From Cenococcum geophilum (Eukaryota), in NCBI GenBank assembly GCA_050273025.1, contig CP158635.1, positions 3,410,001 to 3,474,000 on the forward strand: a DNA stretch of 64,000 bases, written 5' to 3'. The notes beneath the pieces are model-generated. The model was given only the letters and a program-made list of their open reading frames with translations, was not told the DNA's origin and ran no database searches. Position numbers and translations under genes: made by a program. Of this stretch, positions 39,316 through 51,200 are shown piece after piece. Position 1 is the stretch's first letter, and each line of letters begins with the position of its first letter.

Positions 39316-42300
39316 GATACCCCCTAAGAGTAACAAAAGGAGCTCTTGCTGCACCCGGCCCAAAAAGACTAAAACTAACCAAAAAAACCCTGCAAAACAC
39401 CCAGAGAATCCCCCTAAGATGCATGCATCGCAGGGAAGGCATACGTTAAACGACGGTAGTTCGCACTCGCGCGCGACCGCCAGAACTACGCCTAATAATA
39501 GCCCTCTATAACAAAGACGGGCAAATGCCACACTATAAAGCGGAAATACCTTTATTAAGAAGGCATCTAATAAAATATAAAGCCTATTAGACGCGTTTAG
39601 TACCCAGAATTGCGGGGAAGTAACCATTAGCTATAACGATCTAACGCAGCTAGCAGAATGGCTCCGCCAGTCTAGCGAACCTTAGGCGCCCCTTTAGTAA
39701 ACCCTTAATTAAATCCTCTAATGGCTAAGTAAAATTAAAAATAAATAAAACCCCCCCTTACTGGCGAACCGCACTTAGGCCGCCGTAGCTGCGCTTCCAT
39801 AGCATAGGGAACTTACCCCCCTTAAAATAATAACTAGGTATATAATTATAATACGATTAAATATAGAAAAAGCAGAGGGGCTTAGGGAATAATTAGAAAT
39901 AGAAATCCTTATAGAAATCCGCAAAGAGGTTTATAACGCTGTTATAGTCTAACACCTTAGGAGCGGAGACATTAGAGTCACCCTAAAGAACCAATAGGTA
40001 AAGGAACGAGCCGTAAGGGTAGGGGATAGGCTAGGAGAACGTATTGGTATAAAAGTACTCCGCGAGAATGTAACGTGGCCCGCCTCCACGTCGCCATACG
40101 GCCAAAAAGACTAAGAGTGCTTGCGAACTTGTCGCAAGCGCGGCGGGACCTAATATATATACTCTTACAATTGCCCTCTCCTCTACGCGCTCGTCCTCAA
40201 GCGCTCGCAGGGATTCCTCTATACGCCCGTTCGCGCCACAGGGATTAAACGCCAAGAGTATCACCATATTAGTTAGTCCCTAGTAACATAAGCGATTAAA
40301 ATCTTTACCGACGCCTTATCGCACGGATATGCGTTAAACTGTACTAGAGCGAAGTAACTAATAGGGATTAAACCCACAATACCTGGCCCTAGTAAGTTCG
40401 CAAGCACAATTGTAACGTGGCCCGCCTCCACGTCGCCATACAGCCAAAAAGACTAAGAGTGCTTACGAACTTGTCGCAAGCGCGGCGGGACCTAATATAT
40501 ATACTCTTACAGAGAATTACCCAGTCAAAGTCCTAGCGGTCCCCATAAGCCTTAGGGTAGAAAAGGGACGCTAGGCGGATAATATAGCAATTATATAGGA
40601 GATAGTAAGATAAACGGAACGCCTTATATTAGGACTTAAGATCACCCGAATCTAATAGCTTTAATAGGAAAATGTAAATTAAGTAAATAACGAGAATAAT
40701 AAGAGGATATAAGGGTCGCTAAAGACCCGCTAGGGAGACGCTAAACGAACACATGGCTCCCTTATCGTTAGCATATATACACCAGGAATGCAAAAACTCC
40801 TTATCTAAAAAGGAATAATTATAAACGGCCTTATATACAACATAAGGCTCTACAACTACAGACTATGCCTAAAACGATGCTATCGCTACGTATAATGGGG
40901 ACATACCTAATCCACATACGCAGCACAGGTGTGCTGCGGCTACTGTGTAGGCCCCTACAATATAAGACACTACTTAAATTAAGACTAAATAAAATACGTA
41001 AACTGCCACCAAAGCATATATAAGGCGTAGGAGAGAGAAGACTGCATTAAATACAGGAGATAGAAGGTAAGGGCTTAACAGCTACGGGAATAACTATACG
41101 CGAGGTTATATAAATAAAAACAACAGGCGATAAGCTAGGGGAGCGCAGGTGCCTTTCTATCGTTTCCTACCTTTAACACTGGGGGGCTAGGCCAGCCATC
41201 CCAAGCCTTAACGGGCCAGAAGCAACGCCGCGTAATATCACTAGACCGTATAGGGATATAAGGATTACAGGGGATACAAGGGAGAGGACGCCCTATAGGA
41301 AGACCCTTATAGACAGCTATAGTAAGCTTAAAACTAGGATAATTAAGAATTAGACTTAACGCGGTAAATATAACATTCGTAGCTAACTCTTAAAGGGCGT
41401 ATAGCTAACTAGTAAGAATAGGGGAAGAACCGGAGATAATAACAGATTTAGATATAAAAGCGCTAGTAGAAATATAAGACACGGGAATAGAAAGCTCTAT
41501 ACAAAATAAGTAGTAACTAGGGTGTAGACATAAGAGATAGAAGTTCTAAATATCCTAGAGAAAGTAGAAATAGAAGAAGTGAGGAATAATAGAGAGGCGA
41601 AGGACCCTTACTAGGGGTCCGCCACCTATTTATTATACAGTATAACTATAGCAACACAAACCACCGTCTTATAAGGCCCCTACTAGACAGCCTAGACCCA
41701 GAGAAATACTATATCCTTGCTATATAAGAGCCATACTATAACACCTACACACAATCGACATACTGCCCCTAAAGATTCTAGCTCCTATATAAACCAAAAG
41801 CAGCCACACGCGTATGCTTTATAATTAGTAAGACTATCAGCCTATCCTTATAGTCATAGCAGGCAGTTAATCTAGATATTATAGTTATAACAATCTAGAC
41901 ATATAGAGGACCGGTATAAATTATTAATATATATAACCCTAGGGTTAAAGGGGTCCTATAAACAGAGAATATTATATTAGTAATAAGCTTACTCAAAACC
42001 AAAGGCATAAAGTCTATCCTATTAGGAGACATAAACCTCCACCACCCGCGGTAAGGGGGTATTTATATCGCTGCTAAACGACAGGCAGAGTGCCTACTAA
42101 AAGCTATAGACACCTGGGGCCTTAAGCTAGCCACCCCCCCTAGAGCAATTATATAGCAATAAGGATCCGCCAAAAGTACAATTAACCTTATATTTATAGA
42201 CGAAGGCCTATACTAGAGACTTAAAAGGTGCAACCCTAAAGAAAAATGGGCACTTACTTTAGACTATATCCCCATCCAGATACAGCTAGATTTGGATATT

Positions 42301-45300
42301 AAGGCGTAACTAAATAGCAAAAGATATGCAATAAGGATGCTTAAGGTAGACAGCTTCCTTAATACAGTTAAACAACAACTCTAAGACCTAGAAGAAATCT
42401 ACCCGATACTAAACAAGCGAGGCTTATTAGCTACCCCTAAGGAAATCGACTAAAGACTAGAAAGGATCTAGGCAGCGATTAAAAACGGGTTAGAAGAGTA
42501 CTGCCCGGTCTTAAAACCGGGCCCCTATACGCAACACGTATAGTCCGCATAATGCGCGGTTTTTATAGCTAGCTAACAATAAGCAAAAAGGAAATACTTA
42601 AGTAGCTACAACCCTAAAAATAAGAGACGATACAAAGACACAAGAAACCAGTTAAAGAATACCCTAAAAAAAGAAGCAAGAAACAACTAGAGACAATTTA
42701 TAAATAAGTATACTTTTAACCTAAGCCTCCCCTATAACAAGGGCCTATAGGCTATAGCAAAATAGGTAAAGAAAAAGGCAGGGCAACTAGCAGAAGACCT
42801 ATACCTACTACCCCTACGAAGAGCAGGGGAATTATAGGCTACTAACAATAATAATAAGAAGGCAAAGATCCTTATAGAAAGGTTCTTCCCCTAACCGGCT
42901 TTAGCAGACCTTAGTAACATCACAGGTAAAACACCAGTAACTCGCCTGCGGGTTAACAGCGACATAACAACAGAGGAAATAGCCAGAACTATTAGCCGCC
43001 TTTTAAATAATATAGTACTAGGACTAAATAGGATTCTAAATAAGGCCCTAAAGACCTATAGACCACTTATAGCACCCTAGCTTACAGATATAGCTAGAGC
43101 ATACTTTACTATAGGCTACTACCCACAACTTAGAAGATCTATAACGATAGTTATCTTATAAAAAGAAGGTAAAGCAGATTACTTAATCCTAGGAAGCTAC
43201 CGCCCTATTGCCTTAGAAAACACCCTAAGCAAGATCTTAGAAAAGGTAATAGCGGACCGTATAGTAGATACGGCTAAGGAACACGCCCTACTACCATAGA
43301 GCTAAATAGGGGCAAGAAAGAACCGCTCAACACTATTAGCACTTACGCTACTCGCTACCACTATCAAATCCGCATAGGCGATACGAAGGGACTTTATAGT
43401 ATTAATGCTTAGCCTAAATATCAGTGGCGCCTATAACAACGTACCCCACAAGCGTCTCCTATATATCCTTAGGGCAAAAGGCTTCCCAGAATAGATTATA
43501 TAATTTATTTAAGGGTTTACAGGTTAGAAAGAAATATTACTAGTTTTTAGCGGATACTAGAGCCCCCCTATTATAGTTATAATAGGAATACCACAAGGAT
43601 CACCCCTCTCGCCTATACTCTTCCTTTTCTTTATAAGCAACCTACTTAACTCCTTTAAAAAAGGGGTAACCTAGGGGATAGGCTTCGTTAATAATATAAA
43701 CCTAATTATATACGGGCTAACAGCCGCAGAGAATTGCAGAATACTAAAGAAAGCTTATAACACCTATATAAAATAGGCAAGACGACATAAAGTCTAATTC
43801 TCACCAGAGAAATACCAGCTAATCTATTTTATAAGAAAACGCAACCAATCTGCAGATCTCTAGTATATAATTCGCATCTAAGGCTTTAGGGGTCAACTAG
43901 TTTAGGGCCTAAGGGTATTAGGAGTATAGGTAGACAGCAAGCTCTAGTAGAGCGCACATACGGCGTAAGCGGCCTATAAGGGCCAAGCATAGTACATCGC
44001 ATTATCTAGGATCGTTAATTCTATATAGGGTCCATGCTTCTAGAGGTCACGCCTACTATATACAGCAGTTGTCTAGCCAACTATAACGTATAGGTCCAGT
44101 ATTTGGGCCATTAGAGAATCTAAGAAAGGCCCCCCTAAGTCGCTCCTTAAACCACTCTAAAAGGTCTAAACAGCCTGCTTCCGGAGTATAATAGGCGCAT
44201 ATAAGCGAACGGCCACAGCACTGCTCGAGAAGGAAGCCAATATTCCCCCCCTACAACTATATATTAAAGCCGCTGTAATATAAAGGGCGCAAAATAAATA
44301 TAACTCTAATGTTATAAAGTATATTAAGACACGCCTAAATAAACTATGGAGGGACCCTAGGGCGCCCTATAGGAGAATAAACTAATAACCCTAAAGTAGG
44401 GAAGATATATTAGAGAAACAAGTAAAGAAAGCAGAAGAAGAATAGTGCTGCTTTAGGGCCTAGGCCTATATAGAGGAGGAAGGGAGACGCACAAGAGGCC
44501 AGTAAAGATAATAGTAAAAGAGAGAAAGAAGCTAAAGCAAAGCACAAAAGAATGCCAGGAAACCATCTACTGTAATATAATACTGGTTGGACTAACGCTA
44601 GAGAGGTATATAGGAGTTAAAGGTATAGAGGCTAACTAAAGCAAGAGGAACCCAAGCCGTAGTATAGTTAACGCTATAGGGGGTAAATACTCTAGGGCTC
44701 CAAGAAGGCCTAATAAAGGCAGAAAATATAATAGCAATACTCTTAAGAATAGGAATAATAGGACTAAAAGACTGGCTCTACTAGGTGGGTGTCCTAGTAG
44801 GTAACCTAAGATGCGAATATGGCTGGCTAAGACAGACACTAAAACACGTAATACTATTATGCCCCTTACGTACTAACTAAGAAGTAATACTCTTAGTAGC
44901 TAGCACAGAGAACTATAATACACTGCTCTTAATATAAAAAGGCCTTAAGGCGGTTACCTAGTGGCTTATTAGCTAAAATATACTAAACTAGTTCTAGGTT
45001 GCTAGGGAAATAGTAATAGAGGGTAGGGGGGGCGAGCAACGGGCGCCCCCTAATAACTCTACAGTAGTAGAGTAAAGTATGCGATACTAGCGCGTCCGTA
45101 GGCTTGTTACGGCAGCAGTAGTTCCTAAGGAGGTTAAAAAGTAAGGTAGTAGGAGCACCACAGGTGACTTATAGGCGCCCCGCAGGCGCCTTATAGGCGA
45201 GTCCTAAAAGGCAGGGAGATAGATTACGGGGTTTTCTCAAATAGAGTTTTCTCCCCACATATATATAAGGAGTAGTCCGCGTGGGCCCAATAGGGATCTA

Positions 45301-45332
45301 AATCGGACGTTAAGCAATAAATAAATAATTAA
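39316..45332 (+). mobile_element. Full-length Tad1-like LINE, family 1 copy a (RIP-inactivated)
   Basis: TSD TTAGTTCTTCTTTACG (39300-39315 / 45333-45348). ORF1 from ~39420 with Cys knuckles at ~40870-41030. ORF2 APE (LQYN ~41634, LAI.EP, GD.NLHHP ~42026), RT (SYRPIALENTLSK ~43195, GIPQGSPLSP ~43584, GFVDD-like ~43681), CCHC (~44812). AATA tail. Confidence 0.95.
40069..40511 (-). mobile_element. TRIM (terminal-repeat retrotransposon in miniature), 443 bp
   Basis: 101-bp LTRs 40069-40169 and 40411-40511 (TGTAA...TTACA); TSD GAGAA; PPT (AGAGGAGAGGGCAAT on minus) next to the left LTR; empty site present in LINE copy b (~59433-59460). Confidence 0.95.
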
Positions 45333-47076
45333 TTAGTTCTTCTTTACGATTATATATTATTCTAGTAAGTAAGACTCTAAGGCTAATGCGTTAGCCCGAA
45401 GGGAATAAGATATAGGACCCTAAGATAAGCTAGCGCCCCGTTACTATTATTAAGGACTTTTATCTAATATAAAACTATTTATTAAAAACTATTACGCTTA
45501 TAGGCGTGTAAATACCCATAGGGATTAAACACCTAAGTAGTTATAACAACTACTAGTCCTAGAACGCCCTTAGTAATATATTATAATAATTTTTAAGTCG
45601 TTTTTAAAGGATATCCACGGCTATAATATAGCCTTTATAGTAGTTAACCGACTAAGTAAATAAATATTACCTCCTTATTTTAAAACTATAACTATAAAGG
45701 ATATAGCCTATATATACGTTAATAATAGTTACTAAAGCTACGGAGCTCCTAAATTAATTATCTCCGACTATAGACCTTAGTTTATATCAAATTTCTAAAA
45801 TAAACTCTACCGTATCCTTAGGATTAAGATTAAACTCTCTACTAGATTCTACCTTTACACTAACGGCTAAACTAAGATTATAGACTACTATTAGAATAAT
45901 TAATTAGAATTACTACCTATAATAGACTACGCGTAGCTTATATTTCTCTATAATAGTATAGGGATATTAATATTTAAACTACTCTATAAATACCTACTAT
46001 AAACGCCCTTTAATTAGGATAGGCCTACTAAATCCATTATAGCACTTAAACGCCTTAGCTTTAAAGAGGCCTAAATAATTATTAAGAGAATATATAAAGC
46101 CTAGGAGACTACTTAAATAATAAAGAATCCAATATAAAGTAGACTTTAAAGTAAGAGGTAAGATATAGGTATTAATAAAGAACTAGAAAACTTAAGGGTC
46201 AAGCTATAAGCTAAACTACTAAATAGTCAGCCTATATAAGATTCTCTAAGAGATAAAATACTCTCTTAGGATTAAGCTACTAGAATTAATAAAGATCTAC
46301 CCTATTTTCTCCTTAGATCGACTATATAAAGCCATAGATAACCTATTACCTAGGCAGTATAACGACTCCCTACTACTAATCTATATTATAAAAGACGGGG
46401 AATAGGAAATTAAAGAAGTCCTAGTAGTTAAAAAGGACTATAATACTTTAAAGTACCGTATAAGCTAGGTAGGCTATAATAAAGACCTAGAATAATATTC
46501 TATATCTAACTTTAAATACTTTCCCTATAAGCTATAAGGTTTCTATTTAGCCTACCTAAACCTTTTTAAATTACTATATAAGTTAGAAAACTAGATTAAA
46601 TACTAGAAAGAGGCGATAGATAATTATAATAATTAAGATAATAATAAAGAGCTTAGAAAACGCCTAAAGATAGGCTTTTTTAGAAGGAAGGGGTAATATA
46701 ACGGCGCTAAGGTATATTACCGCATATTGCCGTATTTGTTATAGCTTATATAAATGCCTTTAAACCAAAGCTTATAGAATGCTATATTACGAAGGTACTA
46801 AGCTAAAGAAAAGGAAAAGGGGTTACTAGAACCGATGTAAACAAATATATAGGGTAAGCCGCTAAGGCGCTAGCTTTAGGCGGGCTAATTATAGGTCGGC
46901 AGAATATAGTAGAATTTAGCAGGTAATATGCGGTAGCGCCGTTATATTACCCTTCTTTAAAAGAAAGCCTACCCTTAGGCTTAGTTAGAAATAGGGTAGT
47001 ACTAGGCTTATAAATATAGGATTATAAAATATAAGATAAGGAGATAAAGGGGATATAAGTATATTTAGATTAAGTA

Positions 47077-48064
47077 GTAGTAGATTCTTTAATTAATGTC
47101 TAATACAGATCCTATCTAGGCCTATATAGACTACTCCATATATAAGGGAAAAGTAATATTAACGGGAAAAAACCCTATGAGCCACCTTAGTAGGATAAAA
47201 AACCCCGTTTTGCTATGCCTGCATATAGCAGCGGCCCTATAGGCCTACAGCTACGTCCTCCTCCTTAGATGTTTTAAACTCCTTAGGAACCACTACTTCC
47301 TTCTCTAGCTTATTTAGAGCTAGGGTTCACTACGTCCTAGCTAGGCCTTGCCGATTAATTGCTGTATATAGTTATATCCCGTATCTTAACCACCCCCTAT
47401 ATACTATCTCTTATTAACCATTACTATATACGCCTTACCTCCCCCCCCCTAAGGCCTATTAAAGGCGTAAGGGGGATTTATCTATTCTACTATCCTAATA
47501 CTAAAAGACAAAAGCGGGATATGTGTGTATATATATCTGGGTATCTTTTATACCTAGGCCCTAGTCACTAGGCCCTCTCTAAGGGCACCACTCCGTTAAG
47601 AGGAGATAGGGAAAACCGTACGGGGTTATCCAGCTGCCTTTTAGTAGTATTACGGTAGTACGGTAAGTGACCGTATGCTCCGCGGGCGATCGCCCTAAGG
47701 GTTAGAAGGGGCCGTATATTTACTTATTCGTTTATTTACACTTATCTATTTATTAATATAAGGTCGTTAATGCTTTCCATTAGGGTTTTTAGGGATGTTA
47801 TTAAAAACTACTTATCTATGTTGGATTGTACAGGTGCCCTAGATAGAATAGTGTAGTAGTTATCGTATTGTAGAGGGCTAATAGTAATGGTTTTTAAGAT
47901 CTCACCATCCGAAAATTTTTTACCACCGCCTTTAACGCTTACAACCACCACCAGGTCCTGTCCGCACGCTATATAACGTCTCTACATTAGCTCTAGATCT
48001 AAACTTTAAAGACTAGGTTTATAGCCGTCACCATATATAGGTGCAGAGTCCGATTTTAACGGCC
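47077..48064 (-). mobile_element. Non-autonomous LINE-dependent retroposon (SINE/SIDE-like, 988 bp) with a 5' HDV-like ribozyme
   Basis: 13-bp TSD TTTAGATTAAGTA (47064-47076 / 48065-48077). Minus-strand 3' end TATATGGAGTAGTCTATATAGGCCTAGATAGGATCTGTATTAGACATTAA resembles the LINE-1a 3' end (TATAAGGAGTAGTCCGCGTGGGCCCAATAGGGATCTAAATCGGACGTTAA). (CTA)n tail; no RT motifs seen. Confidence 0.8.
47980..48064 (-). ncRNA. HDV-like self-cleaving ribozyme (RIP-damaged)
   Basis: P1 GGCCGTT / GACGGCT (G1-U wobble); P2 CTCTGC / GTAGAG; P3 ACC / GGT; L3 TATATAT (RIP of TACACGT); P1.1 AT (RIP of GT); P4 hairpin; J4/2 GCTAAT; G1 is the first base of the insertion. Confidence 0.75.
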
Positions 48065-48230
48065 TTTAGATTAAGTATAAAGGGTAATTATAGGCTAAGT
48101 AGAAGCACTAGGCTAGAAAGAGTAGCTACTAAAAGTCTTAGCACGGATTTAACTAATTAGATAACTTTAACCGGCGGTTAAAGTTCCTAGATATCTGAAA
48201 TTTTATAGTACTAGCAGAAAACGGTAGAAA

Positions 48231-51200
48231 TGTAACGGAACCTTATAGCAAGAACTACAATAGGCTTATTATTAGGCTAGGTATATAGGAAATGCAAGTA
48301 TAAAAGTCGATAACAAATAATAACTGGTGGAGTGGTTGCCTAACAGATTAACTCCAATTATATTCTAAGAATTACTATAAGGAAGGAACTATCTAGGTAG
48401 GGACTAAGGGTCCTTAAATACATAACCGTACTTCTAAGAAATCCTTTTTATACGTAATATACGTGCGCTTTATCTACTCTATCGCGGATTATGTAGATCC
48501 TATAAATTATATAGATTACCTTATATAACCTTAGTTACTATTCCTTATTATATAGTTCTATCGGCTCCATCCTAGACCGTGCTTAAATTAACTAACTAGC
48601 TTCTTCCGACTCCTTTCCTAGTAGTTATAACATCGTACTTAAAGCGTCCGTAATACCATCTCCCTCCTCTCTATCTTTATCCTTAAAGATTTTTAATATC
48701 TCTAAGTTGTTTACTAGAGGTATAATATCCGTCTAATTAATTTGGTTAATATTATTACTTATTATACCTAAAGCAATTTCTTCTTCCTTAACTACTCGTT
48801 ATATTCGCACTATTACTATAATATTATCCCTTAGTGAGATTATGCTGTCTCTATATTCTTATTATTTAAAAGAGGGGTTAGTTTATATTACGTTAGCGAA
48901 CCCATCTTTATAATAACTATTCTCTTACTTAAAGTGCACTAAAGCAAATATTTATTTATTCTGCGACGTTTGCTCTATCTCTAATGCTAAATATACATAA
49001 CCTATTACTTTTAATAGTCGTCTAGTTCCCTAATTAATTTGTCTTAGGGTCTTATATTTAATCTGCTGCTACGCAGCTAGATAATAAACTATCTGTTACT
49101 CTAGCGAAGTTACGCCGTTCTCGTAACGCGGAATAAGAGGCTGCTAAAGCTTAGCAAAAAGCCCTTAACTCCCGTCTTGCGGCGTCCGCTTAGTTAATCC
49201 GTCTTAAAAAGGTTTATAAGAAGGTTTATTTTAAGGAGTAGAAACTTATAGAATAGGGTCTATAGGAACTTAGTAATAAAAGAACAGATTCTCTTTTAAT
49301 AGAAAAGGAAACAGATCTAAGTAGTTCGGCAACTACTCTTCTTAGGTCCCTCTTAGGTGACTCATTCTTTAGCGATCCTTTTTTATTAATACTACCTAAC
49401 CTAATCTCTTCTAATACTCCTATACCTTTCCTATAGCGTTCTTTAAATTTTCTAGTAGCTCCTAGGTAGTCTTAGTGTAGCCTATCCACTTAACCTTATA
49501 CCATATTTTATTGTTAATGTCCTTATAACTAACGATCTTTAAAACTTGCTATTTGTCTTCTTTTTATCCTCTATACATATCTGCTTTATAAACTAGTAGC
49601 TTAATATTCCTGTATACTAGCTCTAGCATTATAATATACTATATAGGGTAGATCTTTATTTTAGCTAGTAGGTTTAACTTAAACGTAACTGGTAAAATCC
49701 TTTATATAATTTTAAAAGGTCCTAGTCTAACATAGTCTAACTTCTTACTTAGTCATTAACTCTTGAAATTTTTGTATAGTAGCTATACTTTATCTCCTTC
49801 CTTAAGATCTAGTCCCTTAGATCTTTTAGCGTTATAGTACCTTTTTATTCTCTCTTATACTTTCCTTATTAATTCTATAAGGTCTATATAAAGATTTATC
49901 AACGTCTTTATTCTTTCTTTAGCTATACTACTCGTTTTTTTTACTTGCCGTAGTAACAACAATGTTCTTAGCTTATATCTATAATTTGCCTTAAATAGTA
50001 ATATACCTATTCCTTCTTAAGGTATTGCATTATATACAAACTATATAACTAGTAATAATAATACCCAATTATTCTATGCGTGATTAATATAGTGTTTTAG
50101 ATACTGCTCTAGTATCTAATTTAATCTTTCTATTTAACTATCTGTCTGCGGATAATATACGGTAGAAGTTGCTACTCTAACTCCTTACTCCGCTAAGAAT
50201 ACCTCCTAGAATGCTGCTATAAATCTTAGATCTCTATCCAATATAATCTTACTTAGTGCTCTATATTTTATAAACACTTCCTTAATATAAATTCTAGCGA
50301 TATTTTCTGCTAATATTTCTTCTATACACGCTATAAAGTATCCCTACTTTATAAGCTTATCTACTATTACTAAGATCGCGTTATAATCTTATCTAGTAAT
50401 AGGATCTCTTAACTTTAGTAACTTAATAATAAAGTCCCATAATATGACCTCCTATAGTCTCCCTAGTATTTTAACAGGTTATAGCCCTCTATATAGCTTA
50501 TACCTTATTAGTTTATTCCTTTAGCAATCTAGATATTCTTTTATAACTTTTTACGCTAGTTCCTAGATTCTATTAATAATATACTCCTTTTAGAGTCTTA
50601 ATACTAAGCCTCTGGCTCTATTATATCCTTAAGTTAATCCCTTATAGAAATCTTCTATAAATTGCTCTACTATGCTTCTTAGGATATACTTTACTTCTCG
50701 ATTTTTATATATATCCGTCTATAGATCTTCTAGCTATGCTTTTAGAATTTTCTATACCTAAAAGCTTCCTAGTATCTCGTAGACTCTGTCTAGTTCTTCT
50801 TAAGTTGCTATAATTTTCGGATAATTATATCTAATTAATCCGTCTATATCTTTTCGTAGTAAAGCCCCTAATGGCTTCTCGTTATTTTATAGTTTAGCTT
50901 TTTAACTTAGAGCGTTTACCCTTATATTATCTGTACCCTTAGTATACTAAATCTTAAAATGGTATTCTATAAGTATTTCTGCCCATCTAACCTATCTTTA
51001 GTTAAGTTCCTTTATTATTAGGAATCCTGTTAGGTTCTTATAATCTATCTTAACTATAAATAGTTTCTCTATACCTTGTAAGAATGCTCTCTATTCCTTT
51101 AATGCTATAACTATACCTAATAACTCCTTATTGTAAATGTTATAGTTTAACTCTAGTAGTGTTATTTTCCGACTATAATATACTACTGGATGCTATCTAT

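Larger units (their letters stand above)
38540..46736 (+). mobile_element. Gypsy chromovirus family C remnant (partial RT/RNase H, IN, chromodomain, PPT, first 40 bp of 3' LTR)
   Basis: KEI..FL.F.NFY (~38625), ET.AS..V (~38836), chromodomain (~46395-46540), PPT AGAAGGAAGGGGTAA then LTR start at 46697; interrupted by a MITE, a LINE and Gypsy-D. Confidence 0.8.

Noticed and set aside
39316..39420. HDV-like ribozyme at the 5' end of the full-length LINE
   Set aside because: Could not build P1/P2/P3 pairings by eye
39235..40267. Minus-strand ORFs 39235-39627 and 40031-40267
   Set aside because: Antisense to LINE ORF1 or crossing TRIM boundaries; no coding hallmarks
47565..47730. 5S rRNA/tRNA head or hammerhead in the retroposon
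   Set aside because: Only a superficial ATATACGGCC similarity; no Pol III boxes or CUGAUGA/GAAA core found
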